Assembly: GCA_037386725.1 (NCBI GenBank)
Contig: JARRLT010000002.1
Location: forward strand, 1-45,414
From: Promethearchaeota archaeon
GTDB taxonomy: Archaea > Asgardarchaeota > Lokiarchaeia > Sigyniarchaeales > SOKP01
Reading direction: 5' to 3'
Length of the DNA stretch: 45,414 nt
Shown here piece by piece: positions 20,701 through 32,700 of this stretch. Numbering within the stretch: position 1 is the stretch's first letter; each line of letters starts with the position of its first letter. The position numbers and the translations under genes are program-made. A model generated the notes under the pieces. The model had not been told where the DNA came from. It did no database searches and was given only the letters and a program-made list of their open reading frames with translations.

Positions 20701-23700
20701 ATTTCTGGGGAGGAGAGTGAAAGCTTATCTATATCTATATATAAAGGTAAATTGACCATTTTACCAAAGCCAAAAATATTTCTTTCAACACGATTATTTG
20801 CTGCAAAATATCTTTGTAAATCCAAGCTATCGTAATGCTTTACAAATGAATTTCCCTCAATATCATTGAATCTTATGTCCAATCCTCCAATAGTAATATT
20901 AGAACCATATGCAGCTGGTACAGAAAGATTAACAAAAAATCCATCTGCATTTTCCAAATTCAACTGATCTTGCTTTCTAGAAGCGTCATATTCAAAGTAA
21001 ATGAGATTTTGATCAATTTCACTTCCATTTATATAAAATTTATGAAGACATGAAGTTTCAGGGAAATATAGCTTGCCCTCTGTATTTACAGCGAAATCTT
21101 GTAAAAATAATAATTGAATTTTTTCATTTGTTGTTTTATTTATATAATATGCGTCTCTTAATCTCATAAAATTTTCAAGGACAAATTCCGAAGAATATAA
21201 GTTATTAATATTGATGGCTCTGGTTTCATTATATACAAGAGGATTAATAAAAGAAATTTCTTCTTGAAGTAAAGAATGCTTTACTACACCAATGTAATTG
21301 TCTTTTCTTGTTTCCCAAGATACCTTTGAAATAGGATTAATATTTGTATAAATATCTTCAGAAATTAAAGATTCTGAATAGCCAACTAATGTTGATATAT
21401 TATTCTGAGTACCAAAGCTTATTTCATATTCATTGCCATTTAAAACCGCCTTTCCGAAGTAAAAATCGTTCATAAATACATCTAATTCTGGAATATCACC
21501 AAATTGATGTTCATTAGCGAAACTAAGAATTCTTTCTTCTCCAATTTTATTTAAATTTAAAAGATTATTGGTCCAAGTGAGAGATGTTTCCTTGCTAAAA
21601 AGAATATTTGTAAAATTATTTATGTTGTATGTAGTGGAATTCCCAATATTCCCGGATGGATCAGTCACTCGATATTGTATTGAAAAATTAGATGGAAGAT
21701 TACCTAAATCAGATAATTGAGTGATATTCCGAGATGTAAATTCAACCCATGGACCGATTATTCCTGTATCAAGATCGATTATACGATATTCTTCTTTTGG
21801 AATGAAATAATAGGGTTGAGGGGAGCGTAAGGATAAGGATTGATTGACACCCAAAGAATGTGCATACAACCATTCAATATCGAGTGGAGTAAGACATACT
21901 TGATAAATACGTATATCATCTAGAAATCCTTCTAAGAGATCATGATTCCACATATCACTATAATATCGAGCTCCGATTCCCGCATATAGTGGAATGTCTC
22001 CAGTATAAATTTGAGTATATTTAATACTACTAAAGTACTCTCCATTTTTATAAAAGGTTACATTATTTTTTGCCTTTGTTACTGCAATTTGCGTCCAATG
22101 ACCGAAGTTTATTAAACCAGGTCCACTTGTAGCACTTAATCCCCCACTTGAAATGAATTGACTATAATTAAGAGCCCCATTTGGCAATATACTTATATAA
22201 TTCCGAGCATCGCTATTTTCAGCAAATTCTCCATAAATAACTCCTTGATTTGCCACCGAACTAGTGTTAATCCAAGTTACAAGTGAAAATTGTTCTTGTG
22301 ATTCAGAAAATACAGGTGATAATTTAACATAATCATTCATGTAAACTGTACATTCTTCAAGATAAATTTCAAACTGGTGAGCATAATCTCGAGCAAAGAA
22401 TGTAAAATTAACCAAATTATTTATGTTAGTTAAATTTACCTTGAAGACATATCTATATGAAGTTCCTATTAAGGCACATTGATAAGAATCATAAGATAGA
22501 TCTTCATAATTCCAAAAAGAGATATTTATAAACGAATATGAAGACTCAGTAATTTCTTCGATAAATTCTCCTCTAAATTTAAATTCCAATTCTACATTTT
22601 TTGCTTCATATTGAACGCTTGGATCTATGCTTACTGAAAAATTAATTATTGAAGGTTTTTGAACTTGTTCATAGAATTTAAATTCTAATAAATTAAATTC
22701 TGACTGATCTCCTGAAACGGTGATAGTTATATAGAAATCCTTAAATTCAATATTTGATCCTAAAATGGCTCTAATATTAAAAGAAATAGTCTCTTGACCA
22801 ACTGAAGCATAACGATTTACATAACTTTGAATTGTTCCAGAATCGGTTATGATATTGAGTTCTATTTGCAATTTGTGATTTGAAGGATTATATTGTAATC
22901 CATCATCTATCGTTTGGAAGGAATAAGTCATATCTATAAAAAATAACCCATGTTCTTTCTGCAAATTCGTTAGATTTGACTCAAATGGATAATAAGTGGT
23001 AAAAGTTTGATATAGGTTATGATACGGATCATTTATGTCAGATTTACATTGATTCCACATATTTATTTCAATTCTATCTATATCAAACTCAATATTCGTT
23101 ATAATAAACTTAATATCGAAAGAATGACCACTTAAAGAAGTATCAAAACTGATTGGGGTAGATTGGATGGTATTCATCTGATCTGAAAGACTCATATAAT
23201 ATAATTGACTTTGGAATGAATCCTGCACAATAAATTCCACGTAATTATCATAATCATTACTTTTATGAATTATAGAATAGTCCAAGTCAATTGTAATTTC
23301 ATAAATTCCTTCATGTGAGAGGAATTCATCTAAAATGGTTGAATCATATGTTTTAATAATCTCCGCTTCTATATCTTGTTGGGGACCTGTTTGAGTCCAT
23401 TTGTATTCAAGTTGGAATCTATCTAAAGATAAATTGAAATCGGAATCATATAAAATATTTAATTTAGGACCTTTCGCTTCGATCATAAAACTTACTATAT
23501 AATCTCCAAAAATGCTTCCCCTTACATAATTTGTAACATCTAAAGACCCAATTCCAGGGACTATCGTCTCTTTTAATTCCCAAATGGTACCATCAGCAAC
23601 ATAGAGGCCACAAGAATCAATATCGAGTACATCCACATCATAATCATAAAATAGAGAAACTTCTTCCAAAGACTTCCCAATACCTAAAGAGAAGGGTATA

Positions 23701-26700
23701 TCAATATAGATCTTAATACTGGGTTGTATCTTTTCCACCTTTAGGTCAATGAAATTTACAGTTAGTTCTGCTAAGTTCCCTTCAAGGGTAAGTACTACTC
23801 GAAAGTCATCGAAAATAAAATAACCGTTATCCTTCATATAGTTTGAAATATTATAGGGAAATAGGATTGAATCAATAATAGTTTTCCATTGTGGTTCACC
23901 ATCAGTCTTTATTTCTATATAGTAGGAAAATTGCCCTAAACCTCCATTATCATTAAAAATGTAATCCATATCTAAAATAAAGATGTTCTGTTTTTTCTCA
24001 TCATCCGTTAATTCCATCTGATCATCGGGAAGATCGATTACTACTTCTTGCTTTAAGAGTGTTCCTCCAAGAGGATCTTCCTCGCAAAGGAATACCGCAC
24101 CAATATTTAGCTCTCCAATAAAATCAATTTGAGCATTTGTAATTTCAAAACTTAATTCAATCCCATCCACATCTTGATAGGAATTGTATAAGAATGTCTG
24201 CTCAAAATGACCTGTGTTCGTTATTAAGCCATCAAATCCAACGAAATCTGTCTGCTCGTTATTTTCAACTTTAAATCTCACCCTATCTAAATCCGGATAA
24301 TTTTCATTCTTAGAGATTATAGAATAATCGAAACTTATTGTTATCTCATAATTTAGCAAATAATCGGAATATAACGATTCTGAATCATATTGATCCAGAA
24401 AGCCATCCAAATTAGTAGTATGGGACAATATTGAAGTAATCTCATTTTGAGGGGAGATCCAAGTTGCCTCGTAGTCATATTCAAATCGATCTAAATAAAG
24501 AATGAATTCATTTTCTGGATAATGAGGTAAACCTATGATTTCAAACCTAAATTCAATACTATTATCACTTGAATCGATATAAGAAAGAATGTTAAAAACA
24601 TTATTTTCAATAGATTCGTCACAATTATTATCTATTATGTCCCAAAGTAGGGTAGATGGATTAAATATCTGAAACTCGAAACTCTCAACAGACCTACTCA
24701 ACTTATAACTTGTAAGCAGCGAAGCTGCATTAATATCATAATCGGGATCAAATATTTTATGGATTTCAATCTGAATTTGGGGTTTAACTTGATCTTCTCT
24801 TAGATCTTTAAGATCAAATTGAGAAATCTCGCAAATCCCAACCCCTGAAAATAAGAACGTCACATAAACACCTTGAAAATAATGTGAACCAGGAATATAG
24901 GTGTTCATTATACTACGCAAATCAAACTGTTCACTCGTCTGACTTGTAGTATAGATATTGGTAAAAATCTGATTATACCATGCATCATCAGCTTTTATAT
25001 CCAATATAACTTGAAGTTGGCCATCTGTATCCGTTAAATCCCAAGAAGTTTCTAATAACCATTTTCCATTTTCTTGCTCATTTAGATCATTAAGAGTTAT
25101 AGGACACTCTATCACCAGATCTTGCTCGATACAAGGTACATGAGAAAGATCAAAACATTCAAACTCCATTTGAATATTAAAGGAATTTTCAATGATATCT
25201 AATTCTCCATTTTGGAGTATAATTTGAATCTTAAAACCGTTATTATCATTGTAAGAATTATATTCAAAATTCTTAGAAAAGGGTTGCACTATTTCTGAAA
25301 TTGTGAGTGACTCAGAATAAAAATAACCATGTTCGTCATTTGTTATAATCACTTCAGCGAAAGTCAAATCAGGATGATCTTCCCTAACTTTTGAGAGCGT
25401 ATAATCAAAGGAAAAAGTAATATTATAAAATTTTTCATAATTAGGATAACCATCATCATAGTAATCTAAGAATGTATTATGTATATCTTGTGTAAGTTCG
25501 GCATCTAAATCATAAGTTATAGGGTTTATTTTGGTATACTCATAATCGATATAAAATTGATCGAGATATAATAAATATTCATGAATAGCATACATCTGCT
25601 CAGAACCTTCAATATAAAATCGAGCAGTAACAATATATTCTCCTCCAACCTCTGTCCAATAATTTGAATTTATGTTAAGAGTATTCGTAATCCAAGTATC
25701 ACTAGTGTCATATGAATTCTCTTGAGTTACCCAACTATCACTTGTCGTTTTGAGAGCAAAATCAAAATTAGCGGCCGTAGAATCTAATTTATAGCGATAC
25801 CCCAATAAAACATTATCTAAGGAATTATCATTAACAATTCCTAAATGAAAGTCAATATCAACCTCTAGTTCAGCACCCACTCCCGAAGTATCCCGTTGGT
25901 CAGTTAAATAGAGAGAATTTACTCGTACTTGAGAATTTTCTCCTCCTAAATAATAAGTAATTCTAAAGCCGTATAACTCTTCCATATTATAAATGTTAAA
26001 AAAATAATTAATTATCCCAGTGTTTTCATATTGCCTAGAATCAACCATATTAAAATATCCTTCTGAATCCTTCCCTTCTAATGTAATCTTTAATAAATTT
26101 CCTTCGGTAAAATCGATATCGGAATAAACAGAATAATCCCCGTTTTCTGCTTCATTTTGATCCAAATTAAGATCTGGAGTAAAAGAAAATTCTTGTTCAA
26201 ATGTATATTCCCCTCCTAATCCATCATCATAAAGGCAAGAAAAAGTCATGGTAACTACTACATCAGAAGTTATCGTAATCTCTGAGTTCCGATTCAAAAT
26301 CTTAATGTCAAACCCATTATTACTTATAGCGTTATATTCAGTAATAGTATTAGTAAAAGTTTGCAAGCCCGTGGAAAGAGACTTTTGAGAATTATAATTA
26401 CCAGATTCTGGATCAATGACCTCTACTTTAGCGATAGATCCATAATTATCATCAATTTTGGAAACGTCACAATCAAATGAAACATCGATTTGAAAGATTT
26501 GTAGGAATCTTGTGTCAAATTGATTATCTAAAAAGCCATCATTAAAATGAACCGAAATTTCTGAGGTATCTGAGGGATTTATTAACTTTAAGTAAAGATA
26601 ATCAATTTGTATTGTATTTACATTATCTACATTTACGTGATTATCCCAATTCCGAAAATTAATTGAAATCGAAGTAGTATCATTATATGGAATATAAGCA

Positions 26701-29700
26701 CCTGAGAGCCAAGTATCAGAAAATTCAAATGATGATCCATCTATTTTTAAATCTGCTGTTCCAGTTACTGTTTTAATATGATAAAAGATAAAAAAATCAT
26801 TAACACCATTTAAGATTCCTGAGTCGAAATTAAAAGTAACCGTGCTTGTTTTAGCTTTATGCGTAACCCTCATTCTTGCCATATTACATTCCATTCTTCC
26901 TTCAGCTCTTTGGTCTTGACCAAATAAACCAACAGGAGTAGAATGGCATTCAAAATTCAATCTTACCTCTATTCGTCTGTCAGATCTCATATATTGATTG
27001 AAATTGCTTTGACCATAATAAAGATTTGAGGGAGTTAGAGTAATTGTACGAGTCGTCCATCCTTCCTCACCACTTATAGTTTTAAAAGTTTCCCATGAAC
27101 CATTATCCCTCTTAATTTGGAAATATATATAACACTGACTTCCTACTATAAAATCAAACATTGTCTTGAAATTGAATCGTAATTCAGATATTTGATATTC
27201 TGATTCGGAACGTATAGCGTAAAAGTCATATTCATCGTAGGCATTTAACCAATACCCGCTACTGGTGGTAATTTGCCTCGCAAAATGAAAATTGCGCATA
27301 TAACTATCATCCGATTCCGACCAAAGGTAAAAAGTTTCTCCATATACGTTGACTATGTTATAGGTAGAATCATCAGTAGAAGAGCAAGAAGGAGAAGTTG
27401 AAAAAGAAGCGCCACTTTTAAATACTTCATTAACCCAAGTAGATGCAGAATATCGTGAGGCTTCCCATACACCTCCAACGTCTTGAAGTAATGAAACATC
27501 GGAGTCTCTATTTGTATATGATCCACCAGTGCTCGCTACATTCAACTGTTTAATCGGTGTCCTAAATACTCCCGTATCTGCATTATAACTGGAGGTGATA
27601 AAAGTTGGATTGTATGAAAGACCGCCCCAATTATTGGTGGTTAAAGTTCCTTGATCGCTTGCTTTTTCAAAATTATTGAGGATTAATCGCGTTCCATCCA
27701 TCGTATATTGTACCATAGAATCATAATCTGGTAATTTTACGGAGTTCATATAACTTGGATCGAATTGCCATGCTGTTTCGTCCCAAACGGTGGACTCTTC
27801 TAAGTTCATTGAATCAGAATGAATTTGGACATCGTCGTTTATGTTTTCATCTGAAATCTCTAAATCCATGCCAGAACTTGAAACTGTCTGTCCAGTAGTG
27901 ACACTAAAGTCGTCATATTGAGCGGGAGTGGCTCTTGAAGATGGAGTTTCCATTTCAGAGCTAAAAATTGCTGAGGAAGGGGTCCATGAACTTACAGTGT
28001 CACTTGTTGAGCTCATTTGCCAAGTATACCAATCATTTTGATAAGTGTTATAAGGAAGGATATTTTGCATTACTGCAGATCCTGAGGAAACATCAAAAGT
28101 ACTACTATATCCATCTGGGCTAAAAGTATGAGTCATATAGGATTCTTGAGCGATAAAATCTTCATGCCATTTAATATAGGAAACAGGATTAATTTGAGTA
28201 GAAAATATTTGATCCCAATTTCCATCTGCAATCCATAAATCACCTGCAGTAAATCCCAAACCATTAAGGAAGTAGTCGCTAGGGTAGCTAGGAATTTCAT
28301 AATTATGATCTTGAATTAGTGAAGAACTAAAAACTCCATTATTATCATCTTCGAATTTTGAAGCTCGATTAGGATTTACTGATATAAAATCCCAAATTGA
28401 CCAATCGCTAGAATAATCGTTATAAGTGGGTATTTGATTGAATAAATGGAGAGGATCTCCTTCTTGCACGCCATCACTATAGGAGCTTAATTGCCCAATA
28501 CTCGTCTCAGTATTGTAAGGCCATATTTGGTGCTCTAAGTTGGTAAATCGGTTATCTCCTTCTAAATAGTTTGGGTCCCAGGAAAATCCGAAAGCATCCC
28601 AATAACCAGTCATCCCGAGGTCCGCATCATCAGTATATAACTTAATTCCAATGATATTATTGCATAATGTTTGAAAGTTTCCTCCTGATTGAACTAAATT
28701 ATCTTCGATATACCAATTAAATTGATCATTTGTGCAATCAAAAACAATTTTATTATGATATAATGTATCAGCTTCTACTACTCTTTGGGTATCTTGAGTA
28801 ACACCGTCAAAATATCTGAACGTACTTGATTCAATCATGAAATATACAGCACAACCAATATCACCAATTAACTCAACATAAGTGTTTTGATTAGGATTAT
28901 CTGTTCCCCAATAAAATTCAATCGTTTCAGCTATTTTAGAAGAATCGAAGTTTATCCACACTTCAGGATTTTCATTCGAAATCCCATCTTCTATGGCTAA
29001 AACATTTTCATGATCATCTAAGTTAGTAATATAAATATCGCTATTAGGTTGCGGTTGCACCACATCAAATGCTTCTTTTAGTTCGGTAATATCATGAGGA
29101 TTGAGATTATCTCCTATATTATAATCGGGATTGAATTCTAATCCAAACGCATCATAATATAAATGATAATCTGAGTCATCAGTAGAGGATATTAAGCAAA
29201 TTTCATCTATTCCCAATGTAATGTCGGAATAATAAGAAAGATCAGTGAATGAAGTGGTATCAATTTTCAGTGAAAAGGTATTTTCAAGATCATTTAAAGA
29301 GATATAAATATGATACCACATATTTGCTGAATATGAAAAAGGATTTACTCCCCATGTCCAACTTGTTCCATCATGAAACTCAATGTTCCCAGTAGGAGTA
29401 GTTCGCAGTCTCACAATTGAATTTCCTCCTTCTTTCAAATTTAGGAATTCCGAATATTTATATTCGCTTATCATAAAATAAAATTCAAATTCAAAATTGG
29501 TTTGAGAGGTATCTAAAAGGTGGGAAACAGAAACTACTTCGTTTGGATTATCATCATAAAGATCAAGAATATATTTATGATTTTTAGCATTATAATCAGA
29601 AAGAGAGTCTTTGATTAAAACTTCTGTATCATAGGACAGACTATATTTATCAACAAATTTTAATTCAGTAGGAAGTCCATAAGAATTTGTATTATCATGT

Positions 29701-32700
29701 AATGAGTAGTATGGATCTTCTGTTAGGCCTAAACCATCGATATACATACTATATAAATCATCAATTACATCACTCCATGATTCAATTGTATCGATATAAG
29801 GTTCGGCATTTATGAAATCAAACACGCCTTGCTCTACACCATTAACGATTATACTCCATTGGTATTGATTTAATCCTAAATAATTATTTCCTGAACACTC
29901 AAAATTTACTTGAATATGATAGAATTCATTATTATTAACTTGTAATAGTTGATGATTGCTACTTCCGTCAAAATATTGAATATAGCCCTCATCAATTAAT
30001 ATTTTAATAACATCTGTATCAGTTCCTTCTAAAGTAAAATAAGAAGCTTTTTGAATATCATCAGTACCCCACCAGAATTCAATGGTTCCCTTATTCATTT
30101 GGGCGAATTTAGAAGTAAAATCCCATTTACCTGCGTTATTCCTATCGGTGGCTTTAAATACTGAATTGTGCCCTAACCATTCACTTATTACTTCTAAATC
30201 ACAATTTGAATCTGTACCAGAATAATCCGAAAGAAAGGTGATTTCAGAAGCGGGATTATTTATTTCTTGATCGAAAGAAAAAGTTCCATAGAAATTACCT
30301 GTTTCTAAACTTTCGTCTCTAAAATCAAAACTACCATAAAACAAGTCTGGTTCAGAAGTGTAAAAGAAACTTTCCGATGCTTTATAGTCAAAGGTGTTAA
30401 ATGATTCTCTCCATAAGGTTTCTTGAATACTATTTGGATAGGATTGGATTGAACTAAAATCTGCATCACTTGTAGCTAAATCGCCATTCATATAAGCGGT
30501 ATAATCAATGTAAGTAAAGTCATCATTCCAAGAAGGAGTCTTGTAAAACTGACCGCCATTAAGATTAGAATCCAATATTCCGTTATTCCAAGAAGAAGAA
30601 GTATATCCATCATTATAAGTAAAATCCCATCCCAAATATCCGCTATTATCATCTTCTTTATAATTATAACGCGGGAATTCATTATAAAGGTATAATGGGT
30701 TAAAGCTTGATTGACTATTATATAAATTAGGATAGACCTCATAAGATCCACTTAATGTATCAAATTGGATTTCGTCAACATAGACAAAATAAGCATTCCC
30801 AGTAGAACTAGAGAGAATACTAAGGGAATTAATTAAAGATTTTGAATTTCCTAAATAACTAAACGGTCCATAAGAAACATCATCGATAAAAAGTCTATAT
30901 TGACCCAGATTAAGTCCTTTATAAGAAGAACTTGTCTCCGATCTAAACTCAATTGTTATTTTATACCATTGATCAGGGTTTACATCGATTAAATCTATTT
31001 TAATCGAATTATCTGTGGTTTTCAATTTATTATTCTCAAAGAAAACAGAAATTAATTTATTTTCGCTTTCTCCTAAGAATACTTCTGAAAGATCTGCAGT
31101 AGAAGTAGTTCTAAAGTAAAATTCAACCCTTCCATATGACATCATCCCTCCCAAAGATTTTTTTACTTGGATGTTATTTATGGGGGAATCATCTTCAAGC
31201 TGGAGAACAGAAGTTCTTCCATCTAATACATCTATTATTTCAGAATATACATTTAATCCATCTCCCGATTTTATTATTTCCCAATCAGAAGGTTCTTCAC
31301 CGATGGCATTTTGGCTAAAGGAATAAGTATGATTAAAGTATTTGAAATTTTCTAAATTCCCATCATAATTCCATAAATTGTCGGTATGATCATATAAAAT
31401 GTTAGAAGACGTTACAAAAGGGATCGTACTCCATGATAAGATTCCTTCATTCATATATACATCTTCTTCTTGAAGAGGATAGGAAGAAGAGCTGAATTCG
31501 AGAGCCGAACCTACCGCTCCATCCACTAAATGCTGTTCTCCCATAAGAGTACCATCATTATTGGATGCAGAATCCGTTATCTTACGTCCCTCATCATCTA
31601 ATCTCCACCACGCTTTTTCACCTTCTGCAATTTGTTGCTGGGAATAAAGCCAATTCACTTGATCTCGTGATAAACCGAAATCAAAAAATATTATTTCATC
31701 TAGCTTACCCGAAAAATATTTATTATCACGCATATCAGTTCCTATAACAAGATCTAAATCGGGGTTTATAAAGACCACTTGGGAAGATTCCATACTATCA
31801 ACCATTTTATTATCAACGCAAAGAATTCCATAGGGCCCATTTCTGGAAACAACGACATGATGCCATAATCCATCGTTAAAAGCATTTGGAGATTCAAGCT
31901 GAAATTGATATCCGCCTGTATTATAAATATAAAATTGTACTTTTCCTTCTGAAGTCAACAGTACTTCAAATTCACCAGAGGTTCCTTCTGGACCTAATTC
32001 TCGTTTTCCTATTATAGTACTGGCTGAAGTTGCTTCGGAACTAAACCAAAATGAAATTGAAAAAGGCATATATCCTTGAATAACTCGATCTTCAATATCC
32101 ATATATTCATCTGAACCATCAGTATTAAATTCAAGAGCATAATTTCCGACTTTCCCTTGAACCCAATCATCTTGCTCCATATTTTTTAACGCACCAGGGA
32201 ATGTGTTTCGCACATCTATAGTCATAGTTCCCTTTCCCTTTTCAAATGGGTACCAGCAAATGGCTTCCTCCTCATTATTTTCAAAAGTTATAGGAGTAAG
32301 GGGATCAGCGTAAATATTCTCAAAATTTTCTATTCCCGTATAGATAGAAATAGTTGGACAAGGGACATCCAAATCAGCAAAAAATTCATATTCATAATCC
32401 TTTCTGTTAAGATAAATATCTGTAACTCTTAATGTAATATATATTACGTCACCAGTTCCAGTGGTTGGTAATTCGTTTTTAATGTTATTCCATACTAAAT
32501 TAAATTCATTCAAAAAGGTTGGATTTCGCTCGAAAAATCCCTTTGACACTAGTTGATCATTTTCGTTATAATATAATAATTGAACGCTTGAAACAGTTCT
32601 ATCTGTGATAAATGTAAAAAGTTGGCTATTTGGAAGATAATATCCATTTGGTCTAATAAGATATCCTAAAGCTGAAGTTCTCTTAAAATATGCATCTGTA

